NCBI RefSeq assembly: GCF_000315625.1
Contig: NW_005434601.1
Span: forward strand, 330,936-394,935
Length of the DNA: 64,000 bases
From: Guillardia theta CCMP2712
Taxonomy: Eukaryota; Protista; Cryptophyta
Direction of reading: 5' to 3'
Below the pieces are notes generated by a model. It was not told the DNA's origin. It searched no databases and saw only the letters and a program-made list of their open reading frames with translations. Every line of letters begins with the position of its first letter. The stretch's first letter is position 1. A program made the position numbers and the translations under genes. Shown here piece after piece: positions 45,591 through 58,492 of the stretch.

Positions 45591-46781
45591 ATGAGCCACT
45601 TGTATTCCTGCATCAGATGTCATCGCATCGACCCGCTACTCTTCTCCTGTCTGCACAATCCGTAGGCGAAGAATCTTCTCCTCTTATCTCTTAGCTGATA
45701 CTTGAGATGTCTAAATTCTATGGCTATGATATTGACAGCAGGAACTGTCTTGTCTGCATTGATCATGACCTCGCCCTGATCATCAGGTTGAACTCATCTA
45801 ATTGAGTTTTCCTTTCGGTATCTTGCTTCCTTATCATATCTTCATCTATCGTCCTGCCTTGCCACCATACAATCCTCAAACAACTCATGAGTAAACGCTC
45901 ACAATACTACAGAAATGAAAGCGATTCCCGCTCAATTCCAATAGGAATCCAACTATTTTTCGTTTATTCGATACCATGCCTCATTCTTCTCTGCTCCTAT
46001 CTCGGACTCATATCTCTCCCTGTCCCCCTGTTGCTTCCCCGTTGTTCTCTGTGGCAGTCTGCCCGCCTGCCTTGCCTCTCATCAAGATCGATCACTTTAC
46101 TTGTGTTGGCATTTCGCTTCTCTCTGAATATCATCCTCTTCCTCTCCCTCTTTCTTCCTCTTCCTTCTCGCTCCCCTTCCAGCTCTCTCCTCTCCTCTCC
46201 TCTCCTCTCCTCCCCCATTTTCCCCGTCTCATGTTTCCCGCTATTTGTTTGAAGAAAAAAGAAAAAAAGACTTTGAAACTTTTGAAACTTTGAAACTTTG
46301 AAACTTTGGAGTGGGTAAAACTTCAGACGTAATACTTGCAAGTTGCGAAATATCATGTCCATGCTCCAGCACAGCCATGCAGCGCAGGGAGCCTTTGCTG
46401 CTGAAGCGCGACAAGCTTCATGCAGAGCTTCTTGATCCCCAGAGCTTCAACTTTCCGCTCACTCGCTCTGCTCCTCCTGTTCATGGCATCTTCTTTCCTG
46501 CTCCTGCCCCTCCTGCTCGTCTCCCTCCCGTTGCTTCGTTTTTCTCCTTCTGTTGCTCCTCTCGCTTCGTCTCGCCTTCTCCTGCTCAGCTTGCAGCTCT
46601 TCACCTGACGACGCTGAGCAGGTCTCAAGGTCTCGACTATGCTGTCAGAGGAGGCGTCGGACCACGATGCTGATTCCAGCTTCCTGGACATGAGGGCGGT
46701 AACCAAAGCACTCCAGGTGATGGCAGAGGGCAGCAGCAGGGAGCTGAGAGACTCGAGCAGGAGAGCGAGTGGCGATCAGCG

Positions 46782-47760
46782 ATGGAGAGTGTGACGCCTC
46801 AAGTCAAAGATCAGTTCTTGTGGGAGGTAAGGGGAAGAGATGGAGAACGGGAGCCGACGAAAGTCCCGCAGGAACTGGAGGCGATTAGAACAAAAGCAGG
46901 AGATGTACTGAGCGGAGTATATGTGCTCCCTTCCTTGGGCTCGCTCTTCGGTATCTCATGTCAATGTTTGCCCATGAAACATCTCACGTTTCTGTCCTCT
47001 AAGAATGGCACGGCGTCATCTTCCTTCGCTCTGGTCTGTTCCAGGTCCAGTAGCAAAGCAAGACCCGCGAGGGCTGACGGGGCACGTGCAGCATGCGGCC
47101 TTCAAGTTCTCCATCAAGATACCCAGCAGCTACCCCAACGCAGGTGCCGATGCTCTGCTGCTTCTCCCGCAGCTCATGGGATGTGGCCAGCGCCGAAGCT
47201 AAACTTCATCTCGAACATTCCTTTCCATCCCTTCATCAATCCGAGAACAGGCAGACAGTCTGCGCTGCTGGGAGGAGAAGACTAACAGGACTCGCAGGGC
47301 TTGTTGACTTCCACTATCTGCTGATGACGGTGAGTGGGAGGAGCGTCGAGGAGGCTCGCGTGACATCGGCGAAGGAGTCGAACCCGCTGGGCGAGTGGAA
47401 CTCAAAGGAGCATCGACTGTGAGCTTTTTGTCGCAAGTTCTGCTCCCTCCTGAGGCAGGGCTTGCAGGCACAGTCTGCTCGTAGCCCTCAAGAGCTTGTT
47501 CTATCCGAATTTCAACGATGGGAGGATCAAGGTCCAGCTCTTGCTCGTCCTCCTCCCCACCTGACGCTTTCTTCCAGGAGCTCCATGGCGACCCCCAAGT
47601 GAACCCGTTCCAACTGTTCAATCCCAACTTCCAGGGTGGTGAGGCTCTGCTCATCTCTCCTGAAACTTGTCTGCGCAGCCAGACGACTGATCGTGGTCAG
47701 GCGGGGAGCGCGCGGGAGTCCTGAAGAGCTCCGTGCAGAATGAGAGAGCGATCAGGTGAC
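46782..47760 (+). CDS. AKTIP/Fused-toes-like ubiquitin E2 variant (UEV) protein
   Basis: GVYVLPS.../EWHGVIFLRSGLF/AAFKFSIKIPSSYP/PKLNF...FHPFINPRTG/LVD; no E2 catalytic Cys after the HPxI motif. Confidence 0.7.
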
Positions 47761-50035
47761 GAGGAGAGGGAAAGAGCAGTTGAAGAGGAAGGGAAGGAAG
47801 GGGAGACAGGGGGCACATGACGTTAGTGATAGAGGAGGAGAGTTGGGACGTTGGATACTTACGTGCATTACTCAGCATCTTGACGAAGAATCTGATGTGG
47901 TGGAGGAAGAACGGAAAGGCTTTCCCTCTCCCCTCTCAGGTTTGCGTGACATTGGGAGCAGGCGAGCGAGTCAGGGAGATAGAAAGAGCAAGGGGGGTCA
48001 ACCTCTTCAAACTGTCGACGGAGATGATCGCGGTTCCTCCCTCCCTCCCTCCCTCCCTCCCTCCCTCCCTCCCTCCCTCCCTCCCTCCCGGTGAGGTAAC
48101 GACAGCACAGATGATCAGGCTGGATGACCGCCCTCTGTCCAACGAGGTCGAGGGTCTGCTGGTGCAGCTCCAGGACGAGTCGCTCAACTTCCGGCATCAC
48201 GTCGGTCTGTGGAGCTGCCGCTCGAGCCTGTCGCCCCTGACTTCACGTGCAGAGATGTGTGTGGGAGAGAGCCAGGACTGCCTCAAGTACAACCTGGGAA
48301 GCTTCTTCCTCCGTATCCTCCTCCTCTCTTCTCTCCTCCCCTCTCACTCCCCTCCTCTCGCAGGCTTGCGGAACGATGTGCTCGAAGTGAACTCGTCGCA
48401 AGCTCAGCATCTCTTGGCCGGTGACGACGCAGCTGCGGTTGATCCAGATGGCGACACGAGCTATGGTAGCGTGCGGAAGGGGAAGCGAGGAAGAGGAGGG
48501 GGCAAGGAGGACAAGAGTGGAAGTGAGGAGTAGGAGGAGGAGGAGGAGGAGGAGGAGGAGGAGGAGGAGAGGAGTACTTGTCATCACAAGCAGAACAGGT
48601 GCCAGCATCAGCAGTCACGTCGCGGCACTTCTGAGCCTGGCGGGGATAACGGCAAGTGTGGTAGAGGAGCGAGAAGTGCGTGACAACTGCTGCAGGTTGG
48701 AAGAGGAGAGGAAGACAAGCAGGAAGAGGGACAGGGGGAGGCGCAGTACGAGGGGGAAGGGAAGGGAAGGGAGGAGGAGTGGATGAGAGACGAGGAAAAG
48801 GCAGAAGAGAGGAGGGAAGAGGAGGAAAACGAGACTAGGGGTGAGGAGGCTGGAGGGAAAGATAGCCAAGACAAAGAATGACCAAGTTAACAGTTAAGCA
48901 TTTCTCTCTCCTTCCCTCCTAGTTCGATTTTTCCTTCTCCTCCCTCTTTGATAATTATCTTGGAGGAAACTCAAACGTCCAGGAACATCTTTATTTATTA
49001 CAGTTGGAAACAACTTTGAATTGAGTGCACTACGCAGCCTGCTCCTCTCCTCTTGACTGTACATCCTCTCGTTTCCTGTCCTGTCCTGTCCTGTCCTGTC
49101 CTGTCCTCTCTTCTCCTCTCCTTTCTTCTCCTCTCCTCTCCTCTCCTCTCCTCTTCTTGTTGATGTTGCGATTCTTTTTGTTGGGGCTCTGACCCGGGGA
49201 ATTCGTCGGGAGTGTGGGGGGTTACCATCAACAAAGTGGGTAGGGGTACAATTGATGTTCAGTAAAGTACCAGTAAAGGTGGGTGATTTTTGGTATAAAG
49301 TGAGGGTAGTGTTGCTGTTGGTTGCTTTCACACTGGGTAGGGGTAGTTCATGATTGATTCTTCCTAGGTAGGGTGTTTTGACAAACCGAAACAATGTAGG
49401 GGATGATGAGGGAAGGGGAGGAGGAAGAGGAGGAAGAGGAGGGAGGGGGAGGAGGAAGGAGGAGGGGGAGGAGGAGAGGGGAAGAGGAGGAGGGAGAAGA
49501 TGATATCAGAAGTACCAGCAAAGAGAGGGTGAAGACAGTATCAGATTTCCAACTGATTTGCAAAGTTTGGGAAAGGATATGGATAGGAGTGGGAGAAGTA
49601 TCAAATGAAAGTTAGGTGTGATAGGCAACCAAGTGAAGGGCTCAACACCAGCAGATGTGCCATGTATGAAACATCACAGAGGAGCAGGAGAATGCTTCAT
49701 GGAATGTCAGAGAAGGAGAAGTCTGCTTTTTGACAGAACGAGCTTGAACAGATTAGATCCAGGAACTCCTCTATTACTGCAGAGATAGAGGGACCCAAAA
49801 GCTAATACAAGACTGAGAAGAAGCATCTGCAGAAGGGAAGAGAGCCTCTGTGAGATAGACAAAGAGCTGTAGACGCGTGTCGGCGGCTCACCTGGTGGTC
49901 TGAAGTGAACGGCAGCAATGCAAACGGACATGAGCTGGACGATTCAACGTGCCTCGAGCCCTTGAAGCTCCCCAGTGACCGTCGGAGTTTGTTTGTGTAT
50001 CGACCAGCTTGCATTCAGATCCTTGTGAGGACGCA

Positions 50036-53000
50036 ATGGCGAAGGAGGAAGAGAGCAATGGGGGCTCGCAACGCAAGCCTGGAACTTATGTGAGCTGAGG
50101 GGAAACGGTGGCTGGTCGTTGCTGATGCAGGGAGCAGGAGCTGCAGAAGCAGAAGAGTATGGCTCTCCTGCAGCAAGGTGAGCGAGGAGGAAGAGCTGCC
50201 GTCTCGTCCGATGACAAGTCGAGGCAGGAGGGAACACTCTTGCCAAGAGGCTGTCGATCGCAGCAGGGGTGAGGTACAAGGAGAGCCTTGACATGGACCA
50301 GGTCTCGAAGCTCTTCCGCAAATCAAAGGCGCACGAGTTCTGGATCTACATCGTCTTCCTCACCGTCTTCAGCGCTAGCTCGCTGCAGCAGCGACCCGTG
50401 GAGGAGACGTACGACCTCATCCACCAGGTGTACGACGGGACTGTCACTGGCTCCTCCTACATCTCGACTACTTACTTCAAGAACATCGGCGGTCAGTGGG
50501 TGGGAGCGAGAGGGAGGAGAGCGAGAGCAGGAGGAGGAGCAATGGGAAGGGAGTGGAGAGACGGAGGAGGATGGCAGAGGGCATGGGGGAGGAGAGGAGG
50601 GAGAGGAAAGGGGAGGGCAGGAGGGAGGCCACGGGGGAGAACATGGAGGAGAGGAGGAAGGAGAGGAGGAGTGACTCCTGGCAGCGGGCTGACGGGAAGG
50701 ACGCAGACATCGGATCGATTGATGACTTCTGGGCATGGATGACGGAGGTTCCCCCGCAGTTCCTGTTCCAGTACAACTGGTACAACGGGAGCTCGTTCGA
50801 GCCGGATTTCCAGGGGGTGAAGTGGCGGGTCCTGCAGAACAACCTGATTGTCCAGCCTCCTCGCCTCCGCCAGATTCGCATCGAGCCCAAGAAGTGCGAG
50901 GTGCCGAGGAGGATGTCGAGTCAGGAGTACGGGGGAGTGATCAGCCAGGGGAGCTACAACGGGACCAACCTGTACATGACCGACGGCATCTCAACCTGCT
51001 ATCCCAGGATGCCGAGCGCCACGATCAGTAAGGAGACCATCCAGGGGCTGAAGATTGACAACGGGACCATCTCGGTGGTTCCCCTCCCGTACAAGAGCGC
51101 CAAGGAGCTCAACTCAAAGTCCTTCACGTCGAGAGGGAGCACGACACCGATCACGTACGAGGGGGGAGGATACGTGCAGGACTTCCCGCTCAACATCTCC
51201 AACGACGAGTTCAAGAGCATGTTGGCCGCGCTCAAGGCCATGAGGTGGACAGACAGGCAGACGCGCGCTGTCGTCTTCGACTGGGTCATTTACAACCAGG
51301 AGCTCAACACGTTCCTCTCCGTCCGGCTCGTCTTCGAGTTCCAGCCTCACGGCTTCGTGGTGGGCTACCAGAGCCTCCGGGCGATGAGGATGGGGTACGT
51401 TAGGGCCAACGACGTGTTCCTGCTGATAATGGATGCGGTTGTGTACGGCATCGTCTTCTTCTCCATCTTCAACTCCTGCTACAAGGTGTATCTGCTCAGC
51501 TGGGACTTCTTTGGGTACTTCTGGAATGTGGTCGACCTTATGAACTACCTCTTCTTCCTTGTGTCCCTCTACTACAAGGTGATCTTCTTTCTTGAGACGC
51601 AGACGTTTGTCTCCACCCCGGTCAGCAGTGCTGTGGAGTATGTCGACTTCGACTACGTCGGCAGCATCTACAACCTCATCGCCTCCTGGAACGGTTTTAA
51701 CGCGCTCTTCACCTGGATGAAGATATTCTCCTTCCTCAAGTTCCTCAGCTCTGCTGCCGAGCAGCTCATAGGTGAACATGCGTGGAGGAGGAGGAGGAGA
51801 AGCAGATGATGATGACGACGACGATGGAGATGAAGAGGAAGAGGAAGAGATAATGATGATAGTGTTGTTGATGTTGTTGTTGTTGATGATGATGATGATG
51901 ATGATGATGATTATGCTTCTGGCAGAAACAATCGCTAAGGCAGGGGCAAATCTTTCTATCTTCGCGGGCCTCTTGTTTGTTGTCCTCTGGGCCTACGCGC
52001 AAACGATGTATGTCTCCTTCGGTGCCTACATTTCAGACTACAAGGCCCTGTAAGCTCTTCTATGCTTTCTCTCTTCCTGCTTCTGCTCCTCCTGCTTCCT
52101 GCTCCTGCCCCTTCTCCTCCCCCTTCTTTTTGTCTTTTTCCTCGTCCTCGTCTTCTCCAGCTCACCTCCTCCCAGCTACAGCGCGTGCGTCAACACGTTC
52201 AAGGCTCTGCTGGGAGGGTTCGACATCGACCAGCTGAACGCCAGCAACGCGTACCTGGGCCCGCTGATCTACATCACCTTCCTCTTCGTTGCCTTCTTTG
52301 TGATGCTCAACATGTTCCTTGCCATCATCGCCAAGACCTACGATGACGTCAGCAACCAAGAGACCGTCGACCCCATGGCCTTCGAGTTCCGCGAGGGCAT
52401 CCTCTTCTCCCTCCGCGTTCCCCTCCGCCTCCTCGGCTTTTCCTCCATCCTCGACCGTCACTTCCGCAAGGACAAGGACCAGGTCTCGGGCTTCTCCTCC
52501 CTCAAGCAGGACGACGACAGGCAGTCTTCCGTCATCGCCTCCTCCCTCATCGCAGGAGGCAAGACCAAGAGCCAGGGCTCCCTCTCCAGCGATCCTCCAG
52601 CTCAGAAGCTCAACGGCAAGTCGCCCTCTGAGGTCATCTTCAAGGACGTCAGCAAGGACGAGAACCCGCCGCTCCAGTCCCTCGGCAGCAACCGAAGAGC
52701 AAGTAGCCAGTCGCACATCCTCCACTTTCTTCCCCCCTCCTCCCTCCCCCCTCCCCCGTCCTGCCTCCTGCCTCCTGCCTCCTGCCTCCTGCCTCCTGCC
52801 TCCTGCCTCCTGCCTCCTGCCTCCTGCCTCCTCCCCCCTTCCTTCTCCTTCCTCCCTCTCCCCTCCCCCCTCCTTCCCTTCTCCCTCCTCCCTCTCCTGC
52901 TGCCACCCTTTTTCCTCGTCATTCTCTCCCTTCTCACAGTGCTGTCAGACTACAACAACGACGGAGCCTCTGCAGCTGTGGATTCCAAGGGCAGGCAGGC

Positions 53001-54172
53001 GACAAAAGTCACCATGTTGGTGCCCGACGAGGTTCTGCTGGGACTCCTTTCGTCTGTGAGGGACTTGAGGTACTTCACTTGATCCTCCTGCTGTCCCCTC
53101 CCTCCTCTCCCTCCCTCCTCTTCCCTCCCTTCCTTCTCTCTATCCATCCCTTCTCTTTCTCCCCTGCCCTCCCCTCCCCTCTCTTCTCCTCTTCTGTCCT
53201 GTCCTGTCCTGTCCTGTCCTCCTCTCCCCTCAACTCCTCTCCTCCTGGTCTCTCTCCCTCGTCCCTCCTTCGCTTTCTCTCACCTTCCTCAGCAACAACG
53301 TGAGGGAGCTCGGCGGTCGCTTGGACGACCTCAGCAAGTTCGGAGCAGAGGCCGTGAGTCTCGTCTACTCACCCTCGGCAGGGCTGATCGCTACAGCAGG
53401 CAAGGCAGCTGGAGAATGAGCTGGAGGAGACTAGGAGGGGACATGCTTTGAGGGAGGAGGAGGAGGAGGAGGAGCCGAGAGAAAGAGCCCCGAGAAACTA
53501 CCACAGTCATTCTCTTCCTCTTGCTCACAGAGAGCCGTACCATCCCCTCCAGCAGAGCCCCATCAGAGCTGAGATGTCCTGGAATCCTCCAGGTGCTGTG
53601 ATCCCTTCCCGCCTTGCTTCCTCTCTCTTCTCCCCTCTTTTCCTCTCCTCTCCTCTCCTCTCCTCTCCTCTCCTCCCCCGCCTGCTGAGCTGTTCACGGC
53701 TGCCGTCAGATCACTTCAGGACTTCCAAGTGGCCCGAAGACGATCGCAGGTCTCGCTTCCTCCTCTCTCCTCGCGCCTCCTCAACCTGCCCAGGAGCCTC
53801 CGCAGCCCCATGGTCGACTGGTCCGGCATGTCGCCAACCTCGAGGATGCTGGCAGCCACGGCCGACATGATCTCAGCGGTGGCGGTTCAGAGGTGAGGAG
53901 CAGCTGGGCAGGGAGAGTCTCTGCACCTTCAGATCCCCCTGACTCATCGAAGGGACACCAGTCTGCGGGGCGACGCGAGGATGGCAACCCCAGACCTCGG
54001 GACCCGCAGCTACACGAGGAGGAAGCCGGCGAAGGGAGGATGGGAGAACTCGCCGGTGGAGCAGGTGGAGATCGAACAAGGAGGTAGTGAAGTGACTGCT
54101 GAGCAGGAGGGAGTCAAGAAGCTCCGGTTTCATGCCGCACACGAGGAGGAGGAGGAGGTAGCCGTAATGTGA
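50036..54172 (+). CDS. PKD2: Polycystin-2-like (PKD2/TRPP) cation channel
   Basis: DDFWAWM, PPRLRQIRI, YEGGGYV, WTDRQTRAV, FWNVVD, LLGGFD...LGPLIYITF...MLNMFLAII..TY; start uncertain, possibly ~49.7 kb. Confidence 0.9.
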
Positions 54173-54199
54173 TGACGTGTTGATATCTGATGCGATCTC

Positions 54200-55206
54200 A
54201 GGACGACTCGACCCCGAGGCTTCCGGCATATGTAAAGTAGGAGAGGAGGAGGGAGAGGAGGAGGGAGGCGAGGAGGGAGCAGACGATGTTTCACTCACTT
54301 CATTCTCCTCTCATCATCCCCATCACCTCACGAGCTCGATCACGCTATCCACACTCTCTACAATCACATCCGCGTTCCCCCTCAGATCCTCCTCCGTCCC
54401 CACGCCGGACAGCACCCCGATGCTTCCTGCCACCCCCGCTGTCTTGCCATCCGCAGATCAGCGTTGGTGTCTCCTACGATGATCGTCTCCTCCGGCCTCA
54501 CACCGAGTTTCTTGCAGAAGTTCCACGCGTTGTCCGGCGCTGGCTTGGGCACGTTGAACGAGTCATCCCCGCAGATGGAATGATGCACCATGCTAGAAAT
54601 CCCCAGGCTCCGCAGGTTCAGCTCCGTCGGCCTCCTCGCGTCCGACGTGCACACCCCAGTCATGATGCCCATCCTGTGCAGCGTTTGGAACAAGGTCTTG
54701 GTGCACCTGCTGATGGGGGACACCTCTCCCTCCTCGCACTCAGCCCAGCACTCCCTCACCGCCTCCCTTGCGTCTCCTTCCTTCATCCCTCCTTGCTCTG
54801 TCAGACAAGCTTCCACCGCCTTTCTGATCAAGGGCTGCGCCGCCCACGCCATGAGCGACTTCTCTCCGCGTACCTTCCTCAACTCCATGTCGTACCCAAG
54901 GGTGTCTGCGAGAGGAGTTCGCAGCTGCTCTCCGCACTTGCTCACGAAACGAGAGATCAGATCGTCTGCCCACTTGCTCCAAGTTGCGTCGAAGGAGATG
55001 AGGGTCCCATCCTTGTCAAAGATGACGAGCTTCACTTTCTGTGTCTGAGAGGGAGCAACCATGGTTTCAACCATCGGGCTCATCGCGCTGTAGGAGGCTC
55101 GGCTGATCGAGCTTGCATTCTGCAGCAGAGGAGGTCTGAGGGAAGGGACGACAAGTCCCTTTGAGTGAGCGATAGCTCCTGTAGCGATGCTCTTGATGAG
55201 AGACAT
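54200..55206 (-). CDS. HAD-superfamily hydrolase (phosphoglycolate phosphatase-like) with an apparent 1-nt frameshift at ~54447
   Basis: FDKDGTL, GVCTSD, KPAP, IVGDTNAD; the C-terminus GKTAG..SIGVLSGVG..DLRGNADVIVESV lies in another frame. Confidence 0.85.
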
Positions 55207-55429
55207 GTTTCAAGCTTCGAAGCGCGGGTTTCGTTTGATGACAAAAAGGTTCCTACAAGTCTTCCTCGTTGACGCCTCGTCTTCCAAGTGTAAGAGTTCT
55301 GTTCGTCTGCCTGTCTTCCTCCTCTCTGTGTGTCTTGACCCGTGTCTCTGAACTTGTTCTGCTCGTCGTGCTCTCCCCTGAGACTCTCTCGCTCTTCTAC
55401 AACTTGGGTTTGCACTTTCGGAGAGACAA

Positions 55430-56750
55430 ACAGGCGTACCCACTGTACCCTTTCTCATCACCCACCCCAATGGTCATGGACCACCAATTGCTAAAAATCA
55501 CCCCTACTCTTTACTATTTACACCCACCACTTCCTCGGACCATAAAACCTTCTTCTAAATAGAACCCTACATTAGATCACCCTACCCCCTCAAAAGGGCC
55601 AGGTACCAGCTACGCCTTCATACCCCACCCAATCACTGCAATTGCACCCCAAACCACACCATTCTGGTACCCTACCCTTCAGTTCATCACCCCCCTTCCT
55701 CCATACCTACCATACTATTTTTCAGAATTTTGTACTAAACGTACCCCTATGAAAGTACCCTACCTCTACTATTTCTAAGTACTCACACTCAAGTACCCCT
55801 GTCTCCCCCTGGCCCCCCATTTAGCCGCCCACCAATCATGATTTATACACCCCCACCCCATTGTACAAAACAAAGTACCCTTACCATATTTTTTTTGTTT
55901 AGAAAGGGGGGTATTGAGGATACCCCCACCCATCCCATCAGATGAGTGAGAAACCACCCCCTTAGAAACCAGTTTTATACCTTTATGAGGCTCTCTCACC
56001 ACCCGTCCTCCTGTTCTTCGTGTGTGACTACGCCTCACACCGGGTGACCGTCGGGCCCGATCACTCAGTACGGGAGTGACTAACTTACAGTTAGTAAGTT
56101 CCGACAGCGGCGGTGGCAATCGGCACACTGAGTGACCGTAGCCGCACAGCCAGTGACAGTTGACCGTCCGACCGTCTTACGCCGTACCGGCGGTGACTCG
56201 GACGGTGCAGGCCGGGCTCCGAAGAGGCGGCCGCACTGCACACTGACGCGGCCCGGCGAGCGCCCGCGGCCGCGCCGCGGCTCTCGACTCGGTCCGGGGC
56301 CGACGCCGGACACAGGCTGTGACCCGACGGTCCGAGCGAGTCCGAGATCGTACGCCGGGGGGTGCCGCAGTGACTGCCGGGTGCGGCAGTGATCGGACCG
56401 TGACCGACCCGGTCACGGTGACGGTGAGTCACTGTGCCACAGCCTGACCGTCGGACTCACAGCCTAGTCCGAGGAGGCTGACGGTGAGGGCCGCCCGGCG
56501 GCCGGCGGGCCGCTCGGAGTTACTTTGGCATGGTCACCAAGTCTCCTGCAGGCGGGCTGACTCAGTGAGTAACTCAAACTTGTACTCCGTCGGTTATGAG
56601 CCGCAGGCCGCTTCACCGGCCCCGCGGCTGTCACTAACGCCGTACGGTCGGAGGCCGGGCCGGGCCCGGGCGCCGGGCCCGGGCCAGCCTGTTTCGGTTG
56701 GATTTTGTAACGGTCAGGCGCGAATCGTCGCCTGCCCCTTGGCGCGTCCG
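55430..56750. promoter_or_regulatory. Divergent intergenic/promoter region with a GTACCC-rich block followed by a CCGG/GTGAC-rich block
   Basis: Lies between the divergent starts at 55206(-) and 56753(+); motif enrichment is visible by eye; regulatory role is inferred. Confidence 0.45.
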
Positions 56751-56752
56751 CC

Positions 56753-57972
56753 ATGTCCTCCTTTTCCTCACGCGCCGTCAACACAGCCGGCGCAGCAGGC
56801 GCTCTCGTCGTCCTTCTCGCTCTGGCAGCATGGCAGGGATCCTCCTCCTCCTCCTCTGCGGCTTCGAAGGTTGGTTTCCTCTGATACTCTGGACCCAGCA
56901 TGTTGAGGGCTGTGCTATGCTGTTCATTGCGGACTGTATGGAATGAGTCATGAAATAAGGAGACTAGAGTGTTGTACCGTCCTCTCTCTGTCTGTGATGA
57001 CCTGATGATGCTGATATGTCATGGTCTCTGATCCTTGACGTCCGTCGGTCATCTTTGTTCTGAGACTTGCTGGCAGTTGGCCGCTAACAGGCAGCAGACC
57101 ACCGAGCTCTCGTTCCTGCAAACCTCTGGTGGGTGGCAGCAAGGAGAAGAGGGCGCTACCTTGCTGCATGACTAACACTGCGACAGCTTTCGTGGACCAG
57201 ATTTACATGTACGCCGGACTTGCCGTGGACAACAAGCACGAGACCGGATTTATCGCCAAGGAGATCAGAAAGCACAATTATCAGACTGTGAGCTCACAGC
57301 GACTTCTTGCCTCTTGTCCTCAAGTTGTCACAGATGGTTCGCCTCTTCACTTCCCTGGATGATGCCACCTTCCGGGCTGTCTTGTGGGATCAGGCTGTTC
57401 ACTGCCTGGTGAGCCTTGACCCTCCTCCGCCTCGCCTTCCACCTTCTTGTTGACTCCGGGTAATGTTAACCTGATCCGGCAGGTTTGGCCGCCTTTTGTT
57501 CGCTACCCTGGTATCAGTGAGACCGCCAAGACTGATCTCCGTGCTTACACTGCTGCTGGAAACAACGTAAGCACGCACATGGTGACCTCGCCCTCTGGTC
57601 CTCACAGAGTCGTGCTTGCAGGTGGTCTTCTTGGGCAACTACGTTGCTGTGCAGTTCATGAACGATGTCTATGGATTCCAGTTGACCGATGACTATCAGA
57701 ACGGTCCTTACTACCGTAACGACCGCAACGTCCGCAACACTCCCTTCCAGTACCTCCCGTCTCGCGTGGAGCAGGCTTCAATAGAGACTTATGCTGTCAA
57801 GTCAAGATCTCTCCCTCCTGGCGGCAAGTCCATGCTCGACACTCTGGGGGCTACTGTTGCGTTCGTCATCCGCTATGACTTGGGTACCGTCTGTTACATT
57901 GGATACAACTACAACACTCCGTTCCATGCAGACCAATGGACCAGAGTTCTCCACTGTGCCATTGACATGTAA
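56753..57972 (+). CDS. Unknown signal-anchored/secreted protein, paralog B of the 40451-42224 gene
   Basis: MSSFSSRAVNTAGAAGALVVLLALAAW.../FVDQIYMYAG...VLWDQAVH.../KTDLRAYTAAGNN/VVFLG...GPYYRNDRNVRNTPF...SLPPGGKSMLD...IRYDLGTVCYIG...WTRVLHCAIDM*; strong codon bias. Confidence 0.8.
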
Positions 57973-58492
57973 TAAAGTGAGTTTGGGGAGACTAAGAGAA
58001 ACATCAGTCAGCAAGCTCTTCACACCCTTTGCAAGCGTAATGTTTGCCATGATGTTCAATTTTGTCATGCCTTCCAACAAAGCGACGAAAATGACTATCT
58101 CCACAAAATATTTGTCTACAAGTTCCTTCTTTATTGTTTGTGTACAAACAGCTTTTTGTATTTCAATATTGCAATGTCCAGCTCAAGAAACAGTAGTCAT
58201 GTCACTTTCCAATCCTCGCCCGCGATTTTTTATGGATATCTCTCAGAGTGGAGCATGAACTCAACCCTGCACTTAAATCGGAAAGTGGAAAGTGCGTGAA
58301 TTACTTCGTGCAGTTGTATTCACCTCAGTGTAGAGAGAAGCAGACTATGTTGTTGATGTCCAGTACCTCGAGATAGGACGCGACTAAAAGACAGGTCGGA
58401 TGCGGACGTGCAAGAGTGGGATCAATTGTCGAATACTTCTCAGTCATTTCATTAAGCCAACATAGCTTCTTGCTCGATCCTCTAGAACTAAT

